From NCBI GenBank assembly GCA_013239625.1, contig MU053810.1, positions 5,426,071 through 5,490,070 on the forward strand: a stretch of DNA of 64,000 bases, written 5' to 3'. Shown in pieces: positions 12,804-26,149 of the stretch (position 1 is the first letter of the stretch; each line of letters begins with the position of its first letter). A program made the position numbers and the translations under genes. This stretch comes from Lama guanicoe. Taxonomy: Eukaryota. Below the pieces are notes generated by a model, which saw nothing but the letters and a program-made list of their open reading frames with translations, was not told where the DNA came from and did not search any database.

Positions 12804-14306
12804 AACTCATGGTGGAGACAGATGCTCTGGAAGTACAGTCCCCGTTGGGGACGGCTGCAGTCCAGGGGTCCCCTCTGAGCAGCCATAACTCAGAGAAGAC
12901 AGGGCACATTTCAGCTTAACAGGTGGAGAATGTGGGGAAATTTGTTCACTGCAGCTCAGAGTTTCAGAGTACATAAAGTCAGGAAATAAGAGACGAGGGA
13001 GGGGATGAGTGGGAATTTTGGTGAGGAGTAAAGAATTCCAGAGTGGAATTCCATTTTTGACAGTGATGACAGTGAGAAAGGGGATAGAGGTGGGGGAAGG
13101 AGATACCCTCCGTTTTAGGCAGTGACTAGGGAAAACTGCTTCACTCACATTGCAGCCTCCCTCTCCCTGGGATTCAGGTAGTAAAGACAGTGAGGACAAA
13201 ATACAGCAGCAGGAGTACCCTTTGGAGTCCTACAGATCACCTGTGAAAGACGGAACATATATGCACTATTGAATTCATCTGGCATACAGAAAGTAGCTGG
13301 CTTGTATTCCAGTGGCATACTGTGTGTATTTTGAAGTTAAACTCTCATCTAACAGGGCAGGATGACCATCCTGTGAGGACCAAAGCCGTGAGAGTGATGA
13401 TAGGATGTAGTGCCTCAGCCCCCATCTCAGATTCCCTCCCAGTGGGACACATACTCACCTGCATTCTCCTTCTCCTTTATTTAGTGGTTGCTGTTGAGGA
13501 TGGAGAGTTGACTTTGGATAGCGTAGAGATGATGTGACCTGGCTATATTTGGAGTAAGGCTGTAAGGACCGAGGGCTTGGTCTCTGTAATATTGCCACCA
13601 CACCTGATCCTTGTGTGGACGTGCAATATTTGCTGTCAGTGATCTTCAGAGTGAATTTTAAATCATTTTAAATAGTCCTCTAAGCATTAAGCATATCTTA
13701 TTAGTCTTCATTAGAGCTTAAGTAGTAAAGCAACTTCTCGGATTCATTCTAATTCAGGAAACGTTTCTTAAATATCTTTTTGGGACCTGCCTGTCATCAT
13801 TTAAATGCATGCCTGAAAGACACTGAAAGTCATGGAGATTAATCAGAAGGGGTCACGTCCTCAAAGATCTGATTAAGCAACAGAAGCTCTTCTTTTTTGA
13901 TTCATTGTATTCTCATTTATTTCATAAGGTCTCACACACACACACAAAATAGTGATGGGAGCTGTGCTCTTTCCCTCTTTCTCTTGTTTTTTTTTGTTTT
14001 TTTTCCGTATGGGTGATAAAAACACCTTTGGCTGAAGATGAGACTATTGGGTGTGAGGATGCATAGATCCTTTAGATGTAAGGGCTAGCAGAAATTCCCA
14101 TCAGAAATCTGAATCAGTGTTTCTGCATTTACAGTGTTCTGTTCTTAACTTGGTAAGCCCTGGCCTTGGTGTTGCCATGGGGATGGACACTTAGAAGGAG
14201 GCACCATTAGCAAGTCTATTTGAAACTCTGAGGGCCTTTGGGCCACAGGCTAGTGGTGCTGGACAGGGCTGGCAATAGATCCCTGGGGGACTCCTTGGGC
14301 TTTTCA

Positions 14307-14936
14307 ACTCAACAAGAGTGAAGAGGTGTGTTATAGACCAAACAGAAAGGAGGTGGTATTGAAGGTGGGGGTGGGCAGGGAAGTGGGTGAGGGAATCACC
14401 AAAATATAGGGCAGCATCAAGTTCTTCACTCTGCCTTTTTAAAGAGAGAGAAACAGAGACCTTCTGGCGTCTATGTGTTCCAATAGAGTCATGCATCTAA
14501 ACAAATTGTCATTTTCTAGGCTTTGCTTTAGAATGAGCTTCTACCAGTTGAGCAACTGTGAACATTTCATTGCAACGTAAAGGAAGTACCGTGACATAAA
14601 TGTCAGTGACTTTAATGTTCCCAGTCCCTTTTAAGCAGAATATCAGAAAACATGATAATCCTATTGTGAGGTCTGGCGTGAGAAAGAGCTTGTAAATAGC
14701 CAGGACAGTAGCCCCTTGCTATCTTGTAAATTGTAGGAAAGTGATATTTACCTGACGACTATTAAGAAGGGTCATCTGTGCCTCCAGGTAAAAGGGAAGG
14801 TGATTGAATTAGGTCACCCACAGTGAACTGGTTGTCACCCATCCTTCCCATGGCCCTTTCTCCCTGCCCACCCCAACCCTTCAATACCACCTCCTTTCTG
14901 TTTGGTCTATAACACACCTCCTCACTTTTGTTGAGT
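14307..14936. repeat. Long inverted repeat: arms 14307-14381 and 14861-14936, ~480-bp spacer
   Basis: Direct alignment gives a 43-bp perfect core (14323-14365 with 14878-14920), two substitutions in the outer part and one small indel/mismatch in the inner part. Confidence 0.95.
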
Positions 14937-15149
14937 AAAACTTTGATGTTTGGTGTCAGATATGATTTTTTGAAATCTAGTCATTCTGAATGTGCTGTCA
15001 CAAGCCATGAATACTTACTTCTTTTCCTTCAAGTTTTTGAGATCTTGGGGTAAAGATAAGCTCTAATCAGTAGGTGTTTCAAGATAGAACTCAAGAATTT
15101 CTTTTTTAAAGTATATTTTTATTGAAATATAGTTTACAACAATTTAAAA

Positions 15150-15288
15150 AATTTTTAGTTTTTTTATGGGAGGAGGTAATTTAGGTTTATTTATTATTCA
15201 TTTTTTTAAGCAGAGGTGCTGAGAATTGACCACAGGACCTTGTGCATGCTAAACATGCACTCTAACCACTGAGCTGTACCCTCCCCCC
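15150..15288 (-). mobile_element. Vic-1-like SINE
   Basis: Reverse complement reads ggggggagggtacagctcagtggttagagtgcatgtttagcatgcacaaggtcctgtgg...aataaacctaaattacctcctccc followed by an A tail. Confidence 0.85.
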
Positions 15289-16189
15289 TGAGAATCTCCT
15301 CCAAGGACCTGAGTTTAGCAGTTGATGCTTTACTGTGGGGTTTACATTTTTGTATGATGCCTTCTTGGATACTGGTTATTTTCTTTTGCTTATTAATCAA
15401 CATATGCACACATATATTTAAAATGTACTTTAACAGGAACGAATGACTTTAAAACTTGGTTAATTCAGACAAGTCATCCTCAGTCCCTTTTTCCTCCAAG
15501 AGCCTCACTTGTAAATTCTACCTTTCTCTGACTTGCATTAATTTCATTAAAAAAAAAAAACAACTTCTAGCTCATCATTGGCAAAGGTGGTTCTCTTCAT
15601 GATCTATTCCTTAGGTAAAGATGAGGCTTTAAGAAGAGATGTGCTCTGAAGATTCCATCCTTATGCTTATATGTACAAGTTGGCATGACTACGGGTCCGC
15701 TTCCTCTGCTGGCTGGAACCAGGGCTATTTATAGTTTCTTTTCTTGGCTTCTGAGTGAGCGTATCAGCGTGTATTTATACAAGGGAGAGCTCCGAGGCCA
15801 TATAAGACTGTAGTTTAGAAACCTAGTAGCCTCATTTGCCTTCTGCATTCTGGAGGGAAAAGAGTGATACTATACTTTGCCAACATAGAAATGTAACGGG
15901 ATGGAGTGACAAGAAACATTACTCCAGCTTCTCTGAAACCGTAGGTGGTGTGAGCAAGGCTGGAGGCAGCATCTACACAGGAAGAAGTGTCATCCAAGGA
16001 TAAGTGACAGGAGCGTCTCCCCAGATAACAGGGCTGCTATCAGTGGCACTGGATTGTGTTTAATTCCTTTTGCAGGTGGACGATACCTCACATTTCCTCT
16101 GATTACCAGAGGCATTGATGTTTTCATTGAGTGATTTCCCATAATGATGCCAGGCCAGGCACGGTGATGTCATGGAAAGAACATGGGCC

Positions 16190-16380
16190 AGATAAGACTG
16201 GCCTTTCCTCTTGGGTCCTGCAGTCACGAGTCTGGTGATTCTGTAAAGGTCATCCTCCCCAATCTCCCATTTCCTCATCTGCAAAATGGGGAAATGACAT
16301 CCTCCCTCCACAGGGCACTTATGAGGAGCAGGGATCACGGAAACGATCAGTAAAGACTGGCACGGAGCAGATGCAAATCA
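16190..16380 (+). mobile_element. MIR relic
   Basis: tttcctcatctgcaaaatggggaaatgaca, MIR core. Confidence 0.6.
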
Positions 16381-16955
16381 GATCCTGAAAACTCAGCAAG
16401 AGAAATAATAGTAAATGGAGCAGAGATGGTCTTTTTCCTCAAGGATCCACATTAAGGTTTTTAGCTAAGCTGGAAGAAAGAAGAGATCGAACATATATTT
16501 GGGGTCCCTTTCCCTTTTCTCCTTTCTCTGACCATGGCATCCATTGACCAAGAGTCATCATCTCTTCTGAATTTTCCTTCCAAGGCAACACCTGGATTGA
16601 AATGACCTCACCAAAATCTCCTCCCTTCGCGCCTAGAGTTTCCCTCCTGGTAAAAGCAAACCCGAGACTTCACGGATTCTCATCATCTCATTAATAGTGA
16701 GCAGATGTAAGCCCACAGCTTTGGCTACACGTCTTTCCCTTTGTGGCACTTGGTACCTTTGCAGCTCAGCTTTAGCATTTCGAGAAAGAAACCTATTTGG
16801 AGGCTCTTTTGCCCTTCTTTTATATGGCCCCTAGTCAGAGTTTTAAATTTTGGGGTTAACTTAACCAGTAGCTAAATATATTCTAAGAACACCCAGTGAT
16901 CCCTGTAAGCATTCTTATAGCACACGGCTTGCCTTTGTTGGACAGACTGACTTTA

Positions 16956-17592
16956 TTTTATTTTTTTTAATTGAAATATAGTTGATCTACAGTGTTGTGT
17001 TAGTTTCAGGTGTATAGCAAAGTGATTCAGGTGTATTCTTTTTTAGATTCTTTTCCATTATAGTTTATTACAAAATATTGAATACAGTTTCCTGTGCTAT
17101 ATAGTAAGTCCTTGCTCTTTATCTATTTTATATATAGTAGTGTGTATCTGTTAATCCCAAATTCCCAATTTATCCCTTCCCATCCCTTTCCCCTTTGGTA
17201 ACTGTAAATTTTCTATGTCTGTGAGTCTGTTGCAGTCTCGTAAATAAGTTCATTTGTGCCTTTTTTTAGATTCCACATATAAGTGATACCATATATTTGC
17301 CTGTCTCTGACTTACTTCACTTAGTATTATAATATCTAAGTCTAAACATGTTGCTACAAATGGCATTATTTCATTCTTTATCTAATTATCTGTTGATGGA
17401 CATTTAGGTTGCTTCCAAGTCTTGGCTATTGTAAATAGTGCCGCTATGCACATTGGGGTGCCATGTATATTTTTGAATTAGAGTTTTCTCTGGATATGAG
17501 CCCAGGAGTGGGATTGGTGGATCACATGGTAACTCTCTCTTTAGTTTTTTAAGGAACCTCCATACTGTTCTCCATAGTGGCTGCACCAATTC
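16956..17592 (-). mobile_element. 5'-truncated L1 (ORF2 C-terminus plus 3'UTR) with degenerate 14-bp TSD
   Basis: ORF 17404..17613 contains [33 protein letters not shown] (L1 ORF2 C-terminal domain). TSD acagactgacttta (16942-16955) / acaggctgatttta (17593-17606). Confidence 0.92.
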
Positions 17593-18529
17593 ACAGGCTG
17601 ATTTTAGTATCAAAGAGAAGGTCTACTGGGGAATGACAGATGGCAGAAAGCTGATAGAGGTCCACTAGGTGTCTGGAGGGGCAGCCTCCCCTGTGTAGAC
17701 CATTGGCTGCTGCCTTCACTTTGATTCACTTGTGTCTGGAGTGCTTGTTCACCATTTTTGTAAGTTAGATAGAAAAGGTAAAAATGTTAAGAAGGGAAGA
17801 ATCAGAAAACATTTTATAGTAACGTAAACTTTCAACGAGTTGAGTCATAATTTGCTGCATTGCTTTTTTTCTTATGCATAAATGTAACACAGGCTCATAA
17901 TAGAAAATGTGAGAAGAGTAGAAAAAAAGCTTCAAGAGGGAAATAAAAGGCATTCATAATTCCCTCCACCATTACTAAAATCTTGGGATCTTCTTGCTGA
18001 AATTCTTTCATCTTAGTTTCTCACTCATATATGTTCACGGATGTGTAATTGTTATATAGCAGTTGAGGAAACAAATAGAATTGTAGCATCCTTTTTATTT
18101 TTTTCATTAATAAGAGACAGAGGAGGAATATGGTTGATCGTCTGTGCATCTGGACAGCCCTGTGTTGGAATCCAACAAAGTATTGTTTGATGGTGGAAGT
18201 ACCTTTTGACATTCTCTTTTCTCCTCTGTGAATTGCAGAAGCCAGAATCTACCCACACACCATGGAGTTGGGAGGATTTGGTGAGAAGTTCTCTGGAAAG
18301 TGCTCAGATGTTATCTGTGTTCTCTAAACTGTAGCCCAGCCAGCTGCAGCAGCTGGCTTTCCTGCCCTGGTGGCATTGTCTACTCTGTCCCTTCTCTCTA
18401 CCCTGTCCTTCTAACCATTAAAAAAAAATCTTAATGACCACTTAAAGTCCACCTGACACATTGCCCCATCAGTGGAAACTTTCCAAGTGTGGGGATTCTC
18501 CTAGACATGACCATCTAGGTGCTTCCAGA

Positions 18530-18770
18530 AGGCTGTGTGGTCCAGTGGTTGAGTCCAGGTGCCTCCCTAAACTCCCCAGGTTCGATGTCCACTGTGTCAT
18601 TCACCGGGTCTGCATCGTTGGAAGAGTTACATAATCCCGGGTACCAAGTGCTCCTCTGTGGAGACGGTAGAATTATAGGACCTACTTAATATGGCTGGTG
18701 AGGAGCTAAAAGAGTTAATCCACAAAAAATGCTTAAAATCGCCCTCAGCCCATGTTAGCTATTACTACTC
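18530..18770 (+). mobile_element. MIR relic
   Basis: gtgtggtccagtggttgag...ccccaggttcgatgtcc...tgttagctattact layout of MIR. Confidence 0.5.
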
Positions 18771-18944
18771 AGAACCCGCTGTATTGGGGTTAGTTATTTG
18801 GATGTTCCACTCATCTTTTAGAAATACATGGATTTTATCTCAGTCATCTTAGTCATCACTGTCAACCTATTCCCAGTGCCCACCCTGTGCTAGGTGTTCC
18901 AGTTACCCTTGTTGAACTGAATTGCATGGCGTTGAAAACCACAC

Positions 18945-19065
18945 AAGAATATGTGTACATATATATATATGTACATGCATGACTGGGACATTATACTGTA
19001 TGCCAGAAATTGACACATTGTAACTGACTGTACTTCAACTTAAAATTGTTTTTAATAAAAAAAAG
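18945..19065 (+). mobile_element. L1 3' tip (~120 bp) with A tail
   Basis: gtacatgcatgactgggacattatactgtatgccagaaattgacacattgtaactgactgtacttcaa matches 54357-54425. Confidence 0.85.
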
Positions 19066-19199
19066 AAATTTGCACGAGAAAGATGCTTCTTGAGATGATG
19101 GCAAACCTGAGATTTCATTGCTGAAGCCTCAGGGCTGTTGAAAGTATTAAGCACCTAAGTTTACAAAACTAAAGGAAACTAAAACCTTTGTGTTATCTT

Positions 19200-19575
19200 T
19201 TTGTTTTAAGATAGTTTTAGATTTACAGCATGACTATGAATACAGTACAGAGAATTCCCATGTGACCAACACCATGTTACCTGTTTGTGAACATCTTAAG
19301 TCAGAGTGGTGTATTTGTTACAATGAATGAACTGGAACTGATACATCATTACCAACTAGAGTTCATACTTTATTCAGATTTTCTCAGTTTTTCCTTATTG
19401 GTCTTCTCTTTCAGAATCTCATCTAGAATATCACATTGTAGTCAGTCGTTATATTGCCTTAGGCTCATCTTGCTGGTGACAGTTTCTCTAACGTACCTTG
19501 ACTTTGATGCCTTTGACAGTTTTGAGGAGTACTACTCATGTATTTTGTAGAATGTGACTCGAGTGGGATTTTTTT
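19200..19575 (-). mobile_element. Old L1MC-type 3' region
   Basis: catactttattcagattttctcagtttt...gtgacagtttctc...ttgacagttttgaggagtact...tattttgtagaatgt. Confidence 0.7.
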
Positions 19576-20149
19576 TTTAAATTGGGATTTCATTCACACG
19601 CTGTAAGATTCTCCCTTTTAAAGTGTACAACCAACTAAATTTAAGATAGTCCTTTGGCAGCTTGATTTTTGTTCAACTTAAAATTTGTTAACCAAATCAG
19701 ATTACTCAAGTTGTATGCAAAGTAATTCCAGATTGGAAATGTGTGATTTAAATTCCATTTATATGGTGAGCACCACTGCTGCTGGTGAGCATTTATTTGA
19801 GCAGGGTTATAATGCATTTTGGCAAAAGGGAACCAAGAAGGTCATCTTGGGTTTGCTGTTGCCCTGGAAATGTTGAAAGGAATGAATTTGTTCTGGCATC
19901 TTGGACTGTTTTGGACACAGTTTCTAGCAGGGTACTTGTTTTTATATACTAACTGAAATAGTACTGATGTCAGGGTAGCTTGCATTTGGAAAACAGAAAG
20001 GAAAATGGAAATACATCTTTTACCTTGACAAAAGGCTAGCCACAGATGGGCAGAGATGATCAGAAAGTAGAAATCAAGGTGTGTGTGTGTGTGTGGTGGG
20101 GGCTTCCCCTTTGTGCATCTTTCCCTGCATCCCCAGAATGTTCCTCCCC

Positions 20150-20900
20150 TCATTCAGCAAATCTTTATTCAGCACCTAACACAGACACTGTTCTTGGTGC
20201 TCGTGATACAGCAAAGAACAAAGCAGACCAGATCAGGTTCTCATGGACCTTACATACTGGTGATGCAGACAGACAGTCCACAGATCAATGTGTGTCAGGG
20301 ATGATAAATGGTTTGAAAAAGGATAGGATGGGGTCAGGTGATACGGAATGGTACATGTGAGATGTTTCAGAAAGACCTCTCTGAGTTGACATCTCAACAG
20401 AGACACCAATTTATATTTGACTGAAAGTCTGTCTACAACATGGAAGCTCTCTTTGGAATGAAGTTCATTCAATTGAAATCGGTCAAAAATAAAAATAATG
20501 GAGTAGCTTTAATACAACTGTCCCTGTGCTCTGTTCTGGGGACTTAATGGTCAGTAAATTACACAGTCCCTGTTTCCAAGGAACTTCCTGCCTTGAGTGG
20601 GAATAGGAGGTTAATCAATTAAACTTAAGTCCTTTGGTGACAGACTGTGAGGGGTGCTGGGAAAAAAAGTTGCTGTGAGGTTGCATAAGAGAGAACGAGA
20701 GGAAGCCAATCTAATGGGGTGGTCAGGGGAGGCTTCCTTAAAGAAGGGACACTTAAACTGAGAGGCGACAGATGAGGTAGAATGAACAGAAGTGAATAGG
20801 GCTTGGGAGGGAAGACCCGTGATCCTGGGTACCAGATGCCAGGGAATTGTGAGAAAAACCTGCAGTGTCGACAGTAGCTAGAACATCAGTTACTTAAGGG
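20150..20900 (-). mobile_element. L2 3'-end relics (probably two pieces)
   Basis: cattcagcaaatctttattcagcacctaa...cactgttcttggtgct and ggtcaggggaggcttccttaaagaagggacacttaaactgaga are L2 motifs. Confidence 0.6.
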
Positions 20901-23900
20901 TGAGAAGGTCTAAATCACTTGATGCCATCACATTCTGGGAGCTAGGTGTTCTTTTCTATTTTCTTTTCTTTTATTATTTTATTTTATTATATTTATTTTT
21001 TATTTTAATTCAATGAAAGATTGTTTAAATTCCATAGTACTTTACAATGGATACTCTTATTATCATTATAAATATCCAGTAAATGGTAGTCAATGAAAAT
21101 AAGCTAATCTGAAAAAGGCCAGCTAATTGAATTTCTTGGACATTTTTGGAATTTAGAGTGTATGTTGGATTTTGCAAACTTTAATAGAATGTGTTATTAT
21201 GTATCAAAGTTCTGATTCTTTATTTGAATAGCCAAACATTAGAAGAACTAGATCGCATGATAATATAGTTTAAAATGATTGTTAATAAGAAAAAAATAGA
21301 TTGTTTTTAGGAAGACAGTTTTTAACTCAAGGCAGAAATGTTTCTTTTTTTTTTTCTTCTTTTTAAAAAAATACTGTTAAGAAAAATTTCAGAAGAGATA
21401 ATTATATTATATAATATGGTTCTTAGAGGCAAAATCTCCCTCAGGGAATGTTTTTAATCTAATAAAATGAATTATCTTTGTTTAAAGCATTTCCTCTAGT
21501 ACATTCAGTTACTCAATGTTGTGCATCATCTTTTAAGACTGTTTTGAGATGACACGCTCAAAGTCTGATGACTTTATAAAGGCTGAACAATGCTTCTGCT
21601 AAGGATGCAAAAATGCCTAATCTCTGGCTTTTAAAATGTTTCTGCCTTTTTAGGAAAATCAAGATGTGATTGTGGAGTCGTATTCAATGAAGGGTTTACC
21701 ACAGTGGTGGTGGTTAAAGATTCTGGGGGGTGGGGGTGATGAGTTTCTTGGACTGTTCAAATTATGTTTGGATTGTGACCCTTCCATGCAGGTAGACAGG
21801 GGACCCTGTTGATTGATATCTGCATACTGGGTTTCACATTTCCAATAGTTGAAACAGCAACAAAAGAAACACACCACCCAAAATTCTAATTACCATTTAC
21901 ATTCGTCTTTCCAAAGTGTCACAATTTTTTTGATCAACTTTGAAACATAGGACCATTTTGTTTGTATATTTCTAATCAATTTTTTTTATTATGAAAGTAA
22001 TATATGTTTATTTTGGAACTTTTGGGAAATAGAGGAAAGTAGATAGAGGCAAATATTTGATTACATCCCTAATATATCCTTGTAACATATGAAAAGGATA
22101 TTTTAAATGAAAACAGTTTTATTACTTTGTCTGATTTTAAAAATAATATATACTTAGTATAAAAAAGAAAGATAATCTGTAGTGAGATAACCACTTTTAA
22201 TATTTGGGGTTATTTTTGCTATATGTGTGGCTTTCATTTTATAAAACTTGAACTCAGATCGTATCAGGATAGACTCTGGAAAGGGTTAAGGAATACACTT
22301 TAGAGGATTATCCAGTTAAAAAAAAACTTCTTCAAAGTAGCTGCATGTTGAAAAATCTTGGGCTTTCCCAGTTTGATAATATCCTGATATTTCCCCAGCT
22401 GTCTTATTTCATAGCCTTAGGGATGGCATTAAGGGCCTTATTTTGAAAGAGAACTTAATGCTTATAAATAGTCCATTAAAGATAGTTACTAAATTATTTA
22501 AACAATAATTATTATTAACTGAAGAGGAATTTGAAAATAGATAGAATAAAAAGGAGGTAAACACACATTACACAACTCCTCGGGTATTTTATTTTTTTAT
22601 CTTTCCTTCCTTTTCGGATGCACATATTTGAGTGTGTTTTTACACAAAATTATTTCATATTATTTGCATAATCTTGTAGCTTACTTGCCTCATTAAATTG
22701 AATGTTGTGTCCCTTTTTCCATTTCACTCAACAAAAATTCCTATTAGGATTATAGTATTTGATTTTGTAATAGTATTGTAGTTTAAGCAATTTTTATTGT
22801 AAAGGCATTTGGCTGTCTTTTATTTTTTTTCTGTTATTACAAAGATGGTGAACACTGGAATCAGATTATTGCCTGGATTGAATGCAAATTTCTAGATGCT
22901 GAATTGTTCGACATTAAGAGTATGAATATTTTGAAAGCTTTTGCTACATATTATCCTCCTGGAACAGTGGAACACCACCCCCACATTTTCCTTCACATCT
23001 TCCTCAACACTGGATATTACCATTCTTTAAAATTGTTACCTACCTACTAGGCAAAGAAAATGTCTATTGGCTTTAGTTTCCCTATACCCTGATCACCTTG
23101 CTACCATATTTTTTATGCAATTCATTTCATAAGTGTTCATGGGAAACCTGTTGCAATATTCTGTTAAACCTCAGCCTTTGGATGTTGACCCAAGTGCATG
23201 TAGCCAACAAGATGGCAGTGACTTCAGATTCTAATCATAGAGAATGGGAGAGGCAGCTTTGGAAATTCAGGGTTTGTTCATTTTCCCTCCTACATCATGA
23301 TTGGTGTACATGCCACTCAATTGGAAACTTATTCTTTGTGAGGGTGTGTTCCCATCATCAGACTCTCCAATTTCTGGATCTATATCCCATACACATCTGG
23401 TAGTCATTATTTGAATTTGGGAAGATGATGTGATTTGCCATAAAAATACTTAAGTTATATTTTATGAAAAATGTTTTCAATATCCAACAGTTAATGTTTA
23501 CTAATATTTAAGGAATATAGAATTCTGTAATTTGGGGAGCTTTAGAACATATTTACCAGTATTCACATACTTGGAATCGAAGACATGGAAAAGTAAACTG
23601 GCTTGCTTGAATTCAGAGGTGACCACGCACTCCAAGAAGCGTGTGGTTGGTCTGGCACCTGTCCTTGCCTCTTACAGCTGAACATGTCAGCCTGCAAGAA
23701 GCAGTACCAGTGTCTCCCCTTCTGCCATACGACTGCTTCCAAGACGTGGACAGTCTTGATCAGAACAATTGAACAAGCTAAAAACTCCCCTTCGATGAAG
23801 TTGGTGTTGAGGCTGGGGAATAGGGTATGAAGGAGACCCTTGTGGAAATATTTTTTAATTGATACCATCACCCTTTAAATATTTTTCTCATCCTAGGGTT

Positions 23901-25061
23901 TTTTATTCCCTCCCATTTAGTTTTTCTAAGAATTACATTTTTATGTGTGTATACTTCTTAGAAGTCATAAATTACATTTATTGGCCCTATCTTTCCTGAC
24001 ACTTTTTGTGGCCCTCCCTGCCTCTGTGCTTTTCTGTTCCTGTGAAGATGACAGTTCTGACTCTGCTTACAAAAGTTATGGGTCTCCCTGCAGAAGGAGA
24101 TGGTTTGAGGGGAGCCATTCTTCTGAGGAAGGAGTTTTGACTTGTGTTCCTTGAATAGGGCTTTCTTTTGATGTGAAATTAATCATCCACATAGATTTTG
24201 AACCTATGACCTTATTCTACTGAACAGTGCTCTTCTCCCAAACAAGCTGATGAATTGATGCAGTGGGCCATAGTCAGTGTCACAGATTGGCAGATTTTGA
24301 GGGAATTTAGTAGGCTTTATTAGGTTTAGTATATTTTTTATGGAGTCCATTTGGGTTCAACACTGTTGGAAGGGTGTGATGATGGGAAAGGAAGCAGGCT
24401 ATGTGGAGATGCAGTCAGCATCACTGATCTTGGGACAAGTTTTCTTGTGATGTATACAAACAGAGAAAGGACAGTTGGCCCAGAGCATGGAGATAGTGAT
24501 TTTAACTCATTGTTTAACTCCAAGAATTGACATTTATTCAACAGAGATAGAACACATCCTTAATGTGTATAAATTCAAAACAAAAAGAGGTAGAGTGAGT
24601 TGTGGTTTAATACAGAGCCCAAGTCACCATCATTAATAAGTCTACAAGGAGAGGTTGTTTCTCGTAGGAGTTTATAACAGTTGAGTGGAAGACTGACTCC
24701 AGGTCCCTCCTTCCAACCGTGGGTTGAAAACCTTGAGCACCAGGCGTATCCCTCTTCCTGTGGGATTGTGGGTCAGTGGGCACAGATGAAAAAGGATGAG
24801 GATCAGCCAGATCCAGAGAGGCATGTCCAGTTCACTGCACATGGTTGCGCTGGTCATGTCAGGAGGTTTCTACACAAGGACATGCTAGTATGACTTGATT
24901 TTACGTGTCCCTCTGGCTGGAGTCTAGAGGAATGGTCTCCGTGGAGGGGGTCAACTTTGCTAACTGAAACAAAGATACTGTACATCATGGTCATAGTCCT
25001 GTTCAGAGACCCTTGCTGAAGACCATTTTAAGTGTGTGTGTGTACCAAGGGTGCTTATATT

Positions 25062-25088
25062 TGTGTGTGTGTGTGTGTGTGTGTGTGT
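25062..25088. repeat. (TG)13 microsatellite
   Basis: Read directly. Confidence 0.95.
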
Positions 25089-26149
25089 AAGGCTCCCAGA
25101 AAGCTCAGGTGAGCAGTGGGAATGTGGTAACTTACACAGAAGCACTGGGCTGACTTTCTTGCCCCTGATTCTCTTCATCGTTGAAGTTCCATGAGGCCCC
25201 AGCCTGTTTCACTCATGTCCGTATCCTCTGCACTTTTGAGAATAACAAACTGTCAACAAATACTAATCAGAAAGGGACTGTCACACTAGCCTTGTACCCA
25301 TGACCCAAGGGCAAGAAGATCCATGTAATAATATAGATATATTCACATGGGTTTTCCCAAATACATAGCGCCTAAGAATGTAATGGTATAAGGGTATCTT
25401 CCAATCCCTCAAGATTATTCCCTCCAGCTGTGCTTTCAGTGGGAGAAGACCTAGTCACCCACCCACTATCTTTTCTCCATCTGCTCCTGAGATCTGAGTG
25501 ACCTCGCTGGATTAAGTGAGGGAGAGAGGTCAGGGATGTTTAAGAGTTTGGGTTGGAGTCACTGGAAGGATGGAGCTGCTGTCAATTGAGATGGAGAAGA
25601 CTGTGGATGGAACAGATTTGGGGTGAATGCATGGTGCTCGTATTTGATTATGTTGAGTTTAAGTTGATTATTAACCCTCTAGAAGATGATGTCTGGTAGG
25701 GAAAAAATGCATACATTGTCCAGACAATGACACGGAGCTGGTAAAGCAACGAGAATTTGAGACCAGCTGCCTTGTTGTGTTGCTTCTTTCACTATCCTGT
25801 GCTTCCTGTTTCCGTGATTGAAGTTGGGGGGAAATTAAACACCTCCAAATCTAGTTTTCTTGATCTTCACTTGTTAAAAGGATTAAAATGTTCTCTAATA
25901 TAAATATAAGATGCACTTGAGATAAGGAGGCTTGAGGCAGGGATCTAGGATGTTCAAAACTGAGTCTTAGGCAACAACTTTATCCATCCACAGATGGCTT
26001 CCACTGATGCCCGGAGGGGACAGAGGCACAGAGAATGAGGCCAAAGGCACACTGTGCTCTCAGCTAGGTTTTGAACCCAAATCCCGGTAGATCTGATGAC
26101 TGGAATTTAAAGGATTCTTTGTCTATACCAAATGGCTTCATTTTAAAAT

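Noticed and set aside
21654..21790. Possible coding exon after tctgcctttttag (ENQDVIVESYSMKGLPQWWW...)
   Set aside because: The acceptor is plausible but the donor (CAG|GTAGAC) is weak, the peptide is unrecognised and I found no partner exons.
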